Of a stretch of DNA of 64,000 nt, positions 12,491 to 22,986 are shown in pieces; positions within the stretch are counted from its first letter, which is position 1; the number at the start of each line of letters is the position of its first letter. A program made the translations under genes and the position numbers. Origin of the DNA: Octopus sinensis (Eukaryota); NCBI RefSeq assembly GCF_006345805.1, contig NC_043004.1:39494001-39558000 (forward strand), in the 5' to 3' direction. Under the pieces are notes generated by a model. The model was not told the origin of the DNA. It saw only the letters and a program-made list of their open reading frames with translations, and ran no database searches.

Positions 12491-12777
12491 ATATTGAGAA
12501 AAATGAAGCGGTCAGAATTTTGGGTAATTCTTTATTAACGCTTTCGTTCGTTTATCGAACTTGTCAACACAAAATCAAAATCTAAATGGTAAAAAGAGAA
12601 CGTTTCGTTGTTCATTTATATGAATCGGATACTTTTTACATGAAGCATCCAATTCATATAAACGAACAACGAAACGTTCTGTTTTCACAATTTGAAATTT
12701 GATTTTGTCTTGATAAACGAACGAAAGCGCTAATAAAGAATTATTCAAAATTCTGACTGCCTCCTTTTTCTCAATAT
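12491..12777. repeat. Diverged palindrome of about 287 bp containing a hammerhead-like motif
   Basis: ATATTGAGAAAAATGAAGCGGTCAGAATTTT... pairs with ...AAAATTCTGACTGCCTCCTTTTTCTCAATAT. The centre is near 12635, and the arms carry several mismatches and one deletion. Confidence 0.9.
12530..12574 (-). ncRNA. Degenerate hammerhead-like motif with U3:A8 core
   Basis: Minus strand reads TTTTGT-G-TTGACAA-GTTC-GATAAAC-GAAC-GAAAGCGTTA-ATAAAG. The other arm has palindromic AGCGCT in stem III. Stem I is imperfect. Confidence 0.4.
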
Positions 12778-13108
12778 GTATATATATATACATATACATA
12801 CATACATATATATATACATATATATACGTATATGTATATACGTGTATATATATATATATATATACATATATATACGTATATATACGTGTATATATATATA
12901 TATATATACATATATATACGTATATAATACGTGTATATATATATATATATACGTATATATAGATATATATTAGTATATATACATACATATAGTATATATA
13001 TATATATATATATTACGTATATACATATATATATATACGTATATATATATATTATGTATATATACGTATATATATATATTATGTATATATACGTATATAT
13101 ATATATTA

Positions 13109-13140
<32 letters not shown>

Positions 13141-13293
13141 TATGTATATACGTATATATATATATATATATTATGTATATTCGTATATATATATATATAT
13201 AATATATTATGTATATATACGTATATATATATATATATATATTATGTATATATACGTATATATATATATATATACGTATATATATATATATAT
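12778..13293. repeat. Compound (TA)n/TATACG/TTATG microsatellite array
   Basis: Repeating TTATGTATATATACGTATATATATA-type units; the same units recur at 15447-15645 on the other side of the PLE. Confidence 0.9.
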
Positions 13294-14378
13294 TAACTGG
13301 AAAAGATACCTTGATGACTGTTTCATCATCTGGGACAAAGGCATAGAGAAACTTCAGGAATTTAAAATTCTATTAAATGGAATAAATGACAATATACAAT
13401 TCACGATGGACCACAACGAAAAAGAATTACCATTTTTAGACATCCTCATTAAGAAAACCGGCAACAAAATAGAGACAGATATCTACTATAAACCGACAGA
13501 CTCTAAACAGTACCTACCCTTTGATTCATGCCACCCACGACACACTAGAATGAATGTCCCTTTTTGTTTAGCTAGAAGGATTTGCACCATAATATCAGAC
13601 ACAAACACCCGACACACACGTCTCCAGGAACTTAGAACCACACTCACAAATAGAAACTATCCACAGCCCCTAATAGACAGTGCAATCCAACGGGTACTTA
13701 AATTAAGTATAGAAGACCTGAGACAAACAAAACCAAAAAAGAAAGAACAATTAAAACCCTTCCCTACATCTCTACACACAACCCACTCAACAATGAGGCC
13801 TTCAACACCATACTACAAAGCACAGCCCTACTAAAGGGAGACCCAAAGATGAACCGGATCCTCGAAACACACACCATCATTAAAAGTAAACGGCAACCAA
13901 AATCCTTGAAAAGGATTTTAACCCAAGCTACACTGCACTCAACATCAACCACAAAACCAGCAGTTAGAAAATGTGGAAGGCCCAACTGCGGAATCTGTGT
14001 CATCTTGAAAGAAGGATCAGAATTTATACTGGAACAAGGCCACCAGTTCACCATTAGAACAAACTTCACCTGCGCATCAGAAAACTTAATTTACGTCATA
14101 ACATGCGCAGGCTGCAATAGGCAGTATATAGGCCATACAAAAAATAGCTTACGTAACAGGATGGCGGTGCATAAATCACAAATTAGAAACCCTGATTACC
14201 GCAAAATACCGGTCAGCGGACACATAGATAGATGTGCTGGAAATGTAAATCCGAAATTTACAACTAACCCGCTCTATAATTCAGTGACAACGCAACCTTC
14301 ACACAACGCCAAAATAAAGAACTATATTTCATAAAAAAATTTAGACCAAGTTTAAACACCCTGGGCCAGGAATACTAA
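13294..14378 (+). pseudogene. Penelope-like retroelement (probably Neptune-type) RT C-terminus plus GIY-YIG endonuclease, 5' truncated, two frameshifts
   Basis: WKRYLDDCFIIW (RT YxDD), LPFLDILI, YYKPTDSKQYLPFDSCHP, linker CGRPNCGIC, CASENLIYVITC..C..QYIGHT...R...H, and a frameshifted end KELYFIKKFRPSLN. Frameshifts lie near 13750 and 14280. Confidence 0.93.
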
Positions 14379-14546
14379 AACAAAAGATAAGTCCTCCGAA
14401 AGGGAGAAGCGGGGTTCCACCAAGGCCGCTGCTTCAAACAGACACTCACTCTGACGGAAATATGCCTTAGTAAAAAAGGAAAAAAATTCTTTCGTGCAAA
14501 TCTGACCCTGATACATACGATACAGCTACGGGTCAGACCCGATTCT

Positions 14547-15006
14547 GATTGGTCAACAAGTTGATGACGTCTAGCTCTGCTAGAATGGACAGGATACAAA
14601 CAGGGGACAGTCATTAGTCAGAATATTGATGACGTCCTTTTCTGCTTGAATAGTCACCTAACAAGTACAGACAGGGGGCAGATCTAATGTAGCTATAAGT
14701 CGTGATTGGGCAGAATCTGGATGACGTCCCGCTCTGCTTGACTAACGAAGCGACTGGTCAAAACAGGAAACAAACGAGGCAGATATAATGCAGCGATTGG
14801 TCAAAATAATGATGACGTCCCGTTCTACTTGACTAACGAAGCGACTGGTCAAAACAGGAAACAAACAAGAGGGAGTTATAATGCAGCGATTGGTCAAAAA
14901 TGATGACGTCCCGTTCTACTTGATTAAAGCCACTAACGAAACGATTGGTCAAAACATTGATGACGTCACGCTACGCTAGATTGACCACCTAACAGGCATT
15001 ATAAAA
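14547..15006 (+). promoter_or_regulatory. Array of six ATTGG(CCAAT)-GATGACGTC(CRE) modules followed by a TATA box
   Basis: GATGACGTC at 14563, 14628, 14720, 14811, 14902 and 14959. Each is preceded about 15 bp upstream by GATTGG (one CATTAG variant). TATAAAA lies at 15000. Confidence 0.6.
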
Positions 15007-15342
15007 CCGAGCATTTCACAAAAACTCACTAGAACACCCAGCGAACTTCCACCATGGGTCATCACAATTGCTTAAGGTAAAAATGAATTCCTCGCTCTTT
15101 CGGAAACATCAATCTTCTGTATTGACCGCTTTCCACCACTTTGATCTGTTTTTGTGTATTGAATACGTATCGCCACCGTGGGCCACTGCATCGAACACTT
15201 TGAACATATACTTCAAACTATATATCAACTATACATGAACTATATATCAACTATACATGAACTCTAAGATGTCTGACTCCGTTGTGTATTATAAATGAAT
15301 TTCTTGTGTTTGACGGCATGAGCTGTCTTTTTTATATATAAC

Positions 15343-15387
15343 TTTTTTTGATAAGGTTCATTTCAGGAACTGAAACATGTTATAATG
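15343..15387 (+). ncRNA. Hammerhead-like motif with U3:A8 core at the PLE 3' end
   Basis: TTTTT-TTGATAA-GGTTC-ATTTCAG-GAACT-GAAACATGTT-ATAATG: 5-bp stem II and palindromic AACATGTT stem III; stem I has two mismatches. Confidence 0.55.
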
Positions 15388-15545
15388 TATATATAAAAAT
15401 TAAAAATTGTATAATACAGCAGCATTTTCGAACTTCATTTTTTACAAATATATATATATATATATATATATTATGTATATATACGTATATATATATATAT
15501 TATGTATATATACGTATATATATATATATATTATGTATATATACG

Positions 15546-15577
<32 letters not shown>

Positions 15578-15934
15578 CATATATATATACGTATATATAC
15601 ATACATATATATATATATATATACGTATATATATATATATATTTTGTGTTTTGTGTTGAGTTTGATCTGAGAACATAATCTTTTGTGGTGAATGGCGATT
15701 TGACGTCTATATCTAGCATGTTGACTGTCCACTTTTCGTGTTCAGTCCTTAATTGGTATATATATATATATATATAATATATACGTATATATATATATAT
15801 ATATATATATACATACATACATATGTATATATGTATATGTATATATATATTACGTATATATACATACATATATATAAATATATACGAATATATATATATA
15901 TATACGTATATATATATATATATATATATACGTA

Positions 15935-15983
<49 letters not shown>

Positions 15984-16382
15984 TATACGTATATATACAT
16001 ATACATACATACATGCCTACATATATACATACATACATAAAATCTACAGCCTAATTATCTTTCAATAGAACTCCACCTACCTCCAAAAGAAAATAACGTT
16101 ACCAAGAAATATATAAAGCATAATAAACTCAAACGTACCACAGTCCGTTGAAGGCAAGGAGGCCGAAGTTTCGAAGTTACTGTCAACATTATTGTTGTAA
16201 GATGATAATGAATGCTCTACAATAAGTATTGAGTACTCATTCCATTTAAAGTAAAAACTGTTAACATAAAAATAAACATTTATGCACACATGCACATACA
16301 TACATGCACACATACATATATTCCTGCATGCATACATATATGCATGCATACATATGTGTATATGCGCGTGTGTATGTGTGTG

Positions 16383-16591
16383 TACGAGGGGTGTTAAAAA
16401 TGTTCCTGGTTTTTGGGTAGAAGAAAATACAGGAGGATCAGTTAATTATGATTTTATTCAACATATATCCCTTGAGAGTCACACATTTCTTGCAGCGGAC
16501 CTTCAGTTTTTCTCAGCCCTGCAAAAGGATTAGTAAGGTTGGGCCTTTCCGGATACTCTTAAAGCCAGGAACTTTTCAGTAACCCCACGTA
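16383..16591 (-). mobile_element. Mariner-derived MITE (TA TSD)
   Basis: TACGAGGGGTG..AAAA.GTTCCTGG / CCAGGAACTTTTCAG.AACCCC.CGTA termini; homologous to 51236-51465. Confidence 0.8.
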
Positions 16592-16784
16592 CACACACGC
16601 ACGCACACACACACACACACACAACACACACACACACACACACATACTTAATAAAATTAAGAAAATAGACAGGTGTTATTAATTTAAACACATTCAAATA
16701 CTTGTAGAGAAATCCTGCCTACAGCTGTTTCAACACCCAATCAATTCAAATAAAAAAATAAAATGTGTGTGTGTAGATAGATAG

Positions 16785-16962
<178 letters not shown>

Positions 16963-17006
16963 GATATGCCTAAAATTATTTTGTTGACCATATGAACTGT
17001 AATATC

Positions 17007-17214
17007 TGTTTCTTTACTACCCACAAGGGGCTAAACAAAGGGGGAACAAACAAGGACAGACAAACGGATTAAGTCGAGTACATCGACCCCAGTGCGCAAC
17101 TGGTACTTAATTTATCGACCCTGAAAGGATGAAAGGCAAAGTCGACCTCGGTGGAATTTGAACTCAGAACGTAACGACAGACGAAATACGGCTACACATT
17201 TCGCCCGGCGTGCT
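17007..17214 (-). mobile_element. SINE family A, 5' truncated
   Basis: Matches the 2919-3149 body and tail. Confidence 0.88.
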
Positions 17215-18399
17215 GGCAGAATAAAGTGGTGTTGAATGACGGAAAACTTAATTCTGTAGCTTGGAGAAACTTATTCCATTGAACTTTTATTTTTTTTAGT
17301 TGAGAAAATTGCTTTTGGTTTCTTCATTGATGTGTGAGTGTATTTAAAATGTAATTGAGAAATGGTCTGAGGCTGGGGAATTGTTTGCCAATTGGTAATG
17401 GTAGCCAACGTCTGTGAGTACGAAGTGGAGTTATGGTAGTTGCTTTGGTGATATGTGTGTGCGAGCGTGTGTGTATGGGCGTGAATGTGTGTTGTGGGTT
17501 GGCGTGGAATATTTAATTGTGATGCTATTATGTTTCCGCCGGTATTTGAAAACTAAGACGTATTGAATTCAGTGAGATTTCCATTTATGGTGTTTGGAAG
17601 ATACTATCTTGTTGTTCGAACAACATATGTATGTGCATATGTGTGTACATGTGTGCGTGAATGTGTGTGTGCTTGTGTGTTTATGTGTGTGATCGTGCGT
17701 GCGTGTGTGTGTTTGTACGTGCGTGTGCGTGCTTGTGTGTATGTACGCAGGATTTAAATTAAAGCTACTATAAGTTTCATGCCTCTGATAATACAATAGT
17801 CGGACGAGCTTATACAGCGTGCCGTGTATTATCTGGTAACCATTCAGTCTCAGAAAACAAAATGGTCTCTCTGTAAGAAATAAATAAGAATGAACGAAAA
17901 AGAACAAGAAGATGAAAATTAAACAAAAAAGGGAACGGAAAAAAGAGCATGGAAGTAAGGGAGATAAGAGATTGGTTTCTTTGGTCCGTTTTAATGAGAA
18001 TTAACAATGGTTGGCGTGAATGCGCCAGGGAAGCGCGTGTATATGTGTTTAACAAAGCAATGTACTGCGTGTAACTGGTTAATATATTTTCAAGGCCTGT
18101 ATTTCAAGTGTGGTCCCACCTATTGGAATGTAATTTCTATAACTATGTACCTGAGATTTTCTTTTATGAGATATAGTCTGAATCATCTGAAATATATAGC
18201 GTTCTGTACTGAGGTGATAAAATATTTGTTCGAATTATGTCAACTTGAATGTCGTATGGGATAATTCGGTTCGAAAATTGCATCAAGGCCAACAATGCTT
18301 TATTGCATTCTGTGTGTACCTGTGACATTGGGAAGACCTGTTCTATACTGACTACTTTCTCTTTGTATCATTCTGTTGTTATTATTATCATTGTTCTAG

Positions 18400-18603
18400 A
18401 AGGTGGTGAGCTAGCAGAATCGGTTGCATGCTAAGCAGCATATCGTCCGTCTTCACGTTCTGAGTTCAAATTCCACCGAGGTCGAATTTGCTTTTCATTC
18501 TTTCGGGGGTCGATGGAATAAGTACCAGTTGAGCACTGGGGTTGACGAAATCGACTAGCCTCCTCCTCCAAAATACCAGGCCATGTGCCTATAGTAGAAA
18601 GAA
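18400..18603 (+). mobile_element. SINE family A with alternative tail
   Basis: Family A head and core, then CCTCCTCC..AAATACCAGGCC.TGTGCCTATAGTAGAAA tail. Confidence 0.8.
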
Positions 18604-18900
18604 TTGTTACCTCCACCTTAGCGAAGGCGAAAGTATTGTTTTCAGTCGCGTTTGTTTGTTTGTCCGCAGACAAAATAACCTCAAGAACCGCCGGATGGAT
18701 TCGGATGAAACTTTCATGGATGTTTGGCTTTGTGACTGGCACAAACTGATTAGATTTTGGGATCGATCCAATACCGGACAAGGATTCTGGATTACTTTTC
18801 CGTTTGTGTTTTTTTACTTAATTTTTAAGAGCAGTCAGGTTCATTTTAAGTATTCTCGTTGGTGTTGCCTTGGCGAAGATTTGCGCTCTCTAAGTGCTGT
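18604..18900 (+). mobile_element. Non-autonomous Helentron-associated (HINE/DINE-1-like) element
   Basis: 5' TTGTTACCTCCACCTTAGCGAAGG, an internal (GTTT)n tract, and 3' CCTTGGCGAAGATTTGCGCTCTCTAAGTGCT (subterminal inverted repeat plus terminal hairpin). The superfamily assignment is from memory. Confidence 0.55.
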
Positions 18901-20002
18901 TGTTATTATCGTTTTTGTTGAGAATTTTGTTGTCGACATTGTTATTATTTCTGTAACGCCTTACATCGCTGTGGAATTTCCACTCACCATTTTTTTTTAT
19001 ATCATGGTGTTTGGTTTTGTGAATATTTGGAGAAACACTCACCCTTCAGTGGATTTTGCCATTTTCTTCGTGCAGAATAAATGTTTATGTATATCTGTAA
19101 TGGCTTTCACACATGTCAGATTGAAATAATTGCTGAAGTCCAACCTAAATCGTCCGATCAGCTTTCAAAGTATGACTATCCTGTCTTTTTTTTTTTATTC
19201 TCATAAAACATTTTAAGAATAACTTTATCTGGTCTACGTATCCATTTTTAAAACACAATTCTATCATTTGAAGAAGATTCGGCTGCCAGAAATTGGATAT
19301 CAAATGATTTTTGGATGACTATTGTTGTCATTGCTATTGTTATTTTTATCGTCGTCGTCGTCGTCTTCGTCTTCTTCTTTATTCCACTCATGTCAACCCT
19401 GATCGAAGATTTTTATTTTCAAAAGTATTCCGCCCATAATTAAACCTATTTTTAGGTATAGCAGTAAATCTTTCGCTAACTACATTACGCAATCGATGGC
19501 TGCGTTATCGAATACATTCTTTCTGTTGTATGACGATGAAATGTAATGACTATTATTGTTAGTGGCTACGGGTATTGATATTTAGAGTGACTAGCATATT
19601 GGGTAATGGTCATAGGGTACTAAGTGCTTGTGCTGAGAGAACTGAGTTTATGAAATCGAAAATATCTACCCTGTTGTTAGCACATGTCAATTACGGAGCT
19701 AAGTCATTCTACTTCTTGGTATCATCTTACACCTAAATAACAACATGGTTTTCCCTGTTACGTCAGATACCAAGGTAACACCGCTGACAGAATACACATC
19801 ACTGAGCCACCATCAACAGTATTCCACCACACCAACATTGCCACCGCTTCAGTGCGTTTGTCAGATGGTTTAATGATAAAATCTTAAGGCATTTAACAGT
19901 AACGGTAAGGTATAAGAGGTAAAATTATACTTTGACGTATTTGTGCATAAATGAATTTGGATTTAGTAATTTTATTATATAATACATATCTGTGTGCGTG
20001 TT

Positions 20003-20045
<43 letters not shown>

Positions 20046-20170
20046 GTATGTATATATTATATACACGCAAATATATATATATATATCTATACATATGTGT
20101 ATATATCCATATGAGTGCGTATGTATGCATATATATATATATATGCGTGTGTGTATATATGTATGTATAT

Positions 20171-20221
<51 letters not shown>

Positions 20222-21050
20222 ATCTATATTTATATATGTATCTATATTTATATATGTATCTGTATTTATATATGTATCTATATATATGTATGGATCTATA
20301 TATATATATCGTTCCGTATCCTTTTATCAGCTAATATATGAGTGTGGATGTTTGCACCTGTGTATATGTGTGTGTGTGTGTGTGTGCGTGTCGTTAATAC
20401 ATATTAGTAAAAGGAAGCACTGCGCCTTCATTTCGCTGCTAAATTCATTTAATTAGTTGAGAGTCCTGCACTAAAACTATGCGGCTTATCAATCAATTGC
20501 TTCTCATTCAGGATTCAATTATGTTCTCCATAACTAAGTTATGTTAACGTATTTAAACACTTATATTACAATTAATGCCACCACAGCCACGTCCACCACC
20601 ATCTCCTTATCCTTCGTATTCTCATCAACATCATCATCATCATCATCATCGTTGCCATCAAGAACAACAACGTTCTCATCAGTATTGTTGCTGACTTGGT
20701 CCTTCTACACATCACCGTCGTAATCATATTTATTAACAATATTTCGAGTCGACTTTCATTACTTCTGTTGGAATATTATTCATACATGAAGGAAACTTGC
20801 GTATGAGTTTGTTTAATGTGTGGCTAATGGTATAAAGGCAACTACTACATTACCCTTGACTGATCATGGGCTGGTCATAGGCTGTGTCAGACGCTAGGTC
20901 ATAAGGAGGATCATAAACAAGACATAGAGGTCGTAGCTGTATGGAATTTTGGACAGTGTATCAAGGGTCCTTCAATCACAGTCAAGTTAACTTAATGCCT
21001 TTATACAGTAGAGTAAGGATGCGAGTGAATGGTGGTATCATAGGTGTATG

Positions 21051-21283
21051 AAGGCGGCGAGCTGGCAGAATCGTTAGCACGCCGGGCGAAATGCGTAGCC
21101 GTATTTTGTCTGCCGTTACGTTCTGAGTTCAAATTCCGCCGAGGTCGACTTTGCCTTTCATCCTTTCGGGGTCGATAGATTAAGTACCAGTTACGCACTG
21201 GGGTCGATGTAATTGACTTAATCCCTTTGTCTGTCCTTGTTTGTCCCCTCTGTGTTTAGCCCCTTGTGGGTAGTAAAGAAATA
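21051..21283 (+). mobile_element. SINE family A, full length, imperfect 17-bp TSD
   Basis: Complete head to tail. GGTATCATAGGTGTATG lies upstream and GGCATCATAGGCGTATG downstream. Confidence 0.92.
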
Positions 21284-21289
21284 GGCATC

Positions 21290-21438
21290 ATAGGCGTATG
21301 GGATGTGGTGATAGATGCTAGGGGAAGATATCCCAACCACATGGTACCGGATTCAGTCCCACTGCGTAACAGCTTGGGAAAGTGTCTTTTGTTATAGTCT
21401 TAGAATGACGAAAGCTTTGTAACTAAAAGAAGCCATTC

Positions 21439-21495
<57 letters not shown>

Positions 21496-22738
21496 TGATC
21501 AATAAGTATCCGGATTATTGCCATAGTAACGAAGCTAAAGCATGCAGTGTGACGCTGCTAGACAGAGATTGACCTGAAACTCTACTGTGCATGCGCACTT
21601 AGTTTTAACGTTCTAGCTTACTTCCGCTATTTACAGCAGTACTTGAAAGGAAGTTGTGTAGCGTGTGATCGTCGAATTGACCATGACAGAGAAAGTTGTC
21701 ATAGCGATATCTACTCAGAGGACTACGCAAAGTTGCAGAAAAAGTATGGAGTGAAGTGTATGAGCCACACACAAGTGTATGAGGTCTACACGTTTTTCAG
21801 ATGGCCGAAAAAATGTCGATATTGAAGAAAGTTCTGAGACGCGTATCTGCCAAGTCTGTGCCAAATCTGCTTTCAGCTGACCCAAAAGACACTCGGGTTT
21901 TAATTGCATGAGATCTTGATTGTGTAGATGAAAACTTTTTGAAAACTTTTTGAAAACTTTGCGTATGCCTCTGAGCAGATATCGCCAAGCTTTTGGCAAA
22001 ATTTAAGGCAGATTCTCTGCTCAAGTTTCTCTATTATGGTTAATGCAACGATCACACGCAACACACCTTCCTTCCAAGCACTGCTGTAAACAGCGGAAGT
22101 GAGCTAGAACGTTAAAACTTAATGCACATGCACAACAGCGTTCAATATCAATCCGTGTCAAGAAGTGTGACTCTGCGTGGTCTAGCTTCGTTACTATTAC
22201 AATAGTCCGGATATTTATTGATCAGACCACGTATATATATATATATTCTGCCTAATATATACATTATTTAATATATACATTATTTAATCATCGTTATATG
22301 TTTTATCTTATATTTAATCTTTCTATAATATGTAATCTTTCTAAATGGTATTATTGAATTGATTAAAGGTGTTTTTTTCTAATATATATATATATTATAT
22401 TTTTGTGAAATTTGATTTAGTATCACTAAATTGAATTTTTTCCTGTAAGTTTGGAATAATATTCCCTTATATATATATTCCCTTATATATATATAAGACA
22501 AGTTATAGATAATGGCCATTACATATTTTTCCTTTATTAGAGCAAATTTGGATTACAGGTGTTTTCAGTAGACATTATAGGAACGTTGCCGATAGGTTAA
22601 TCAATCGGATTATTAATCAATTGAGAAAAATTGAACGACCAAAAGAAATTAATGCTACTTTCGTCACACCCACTTCTGGTGATAACATATAACCAGACGT
22701 GACAGAGAAAATTGTCACAACATATATAATGTTATAAC

Positions 22739-22815
<77 letters not shown>

Positions 22816-22986
22816 TCTATGTTTGTTCCACACCACGTCTTGACAACCGGTAGTGGTGCGTTTACGTCGCTGTAACATTAACTGTTCGGCAATAAAAAAC
22901 TGACAGAATTTGTACCAGGTTTATTGATTAAAATTGTTCAAGGCTGTGCCGCAGTTCTAATGATTAAAACATGTAAAAGATAAAAG
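21290..22986 (+). mobile_element. Old SINE family B split by nested insertions in its microsatellite
   Basis: 5' half at 21290-21440 and 3' half at 22815-22986, with a mariner derivative and AT-rich fragments between them. Confidence 0.65.
21490..22233. mobile_element. Non-autonomous mariner derivative built from two left (5') ends in inverted orientation
   Basis: The plus strand encodes EDYAKLQKKYGVKCMSHTQVYE..FSDGRKNV and the minus strand EKLEQRICLKFCQKLGDICSEAYAK, both mariner N-terminal HTH remnants. Inverted arms exceed 200 bp, and the element sits in (TA)n. Confidence 0.85.

Larger units (their letters stand above)
14379..15440 (+). mobile_element. 3' non-coding/pseudo-LTR region of the PLE
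   Basis: Follows the endonuclease stop codon, contains an internal tandem array and a terminal hammerhead-like motif, and ends at a (TA)n tract. Confidence 0.7.

Noticed and set aside
16137-16254. Minus-strand AG/GT-bounded segment (FYFKWNEYSILIVEHS...)
   Set aside because: The splice signals are plausible but the peptide is unrecognisable and unlinked to other exons.
17760-17875. Strong minus-strand acceptor TTATTTATTTCTTACAG
   Set aside because: No good donor follows, and two of three frames close quickly.
18542-19129. 195-aa ORF
   Set aside because: It runs through a SINE tail, the HINE-like element and low-complexity DNA; hydrophobicity reflects T-richness.
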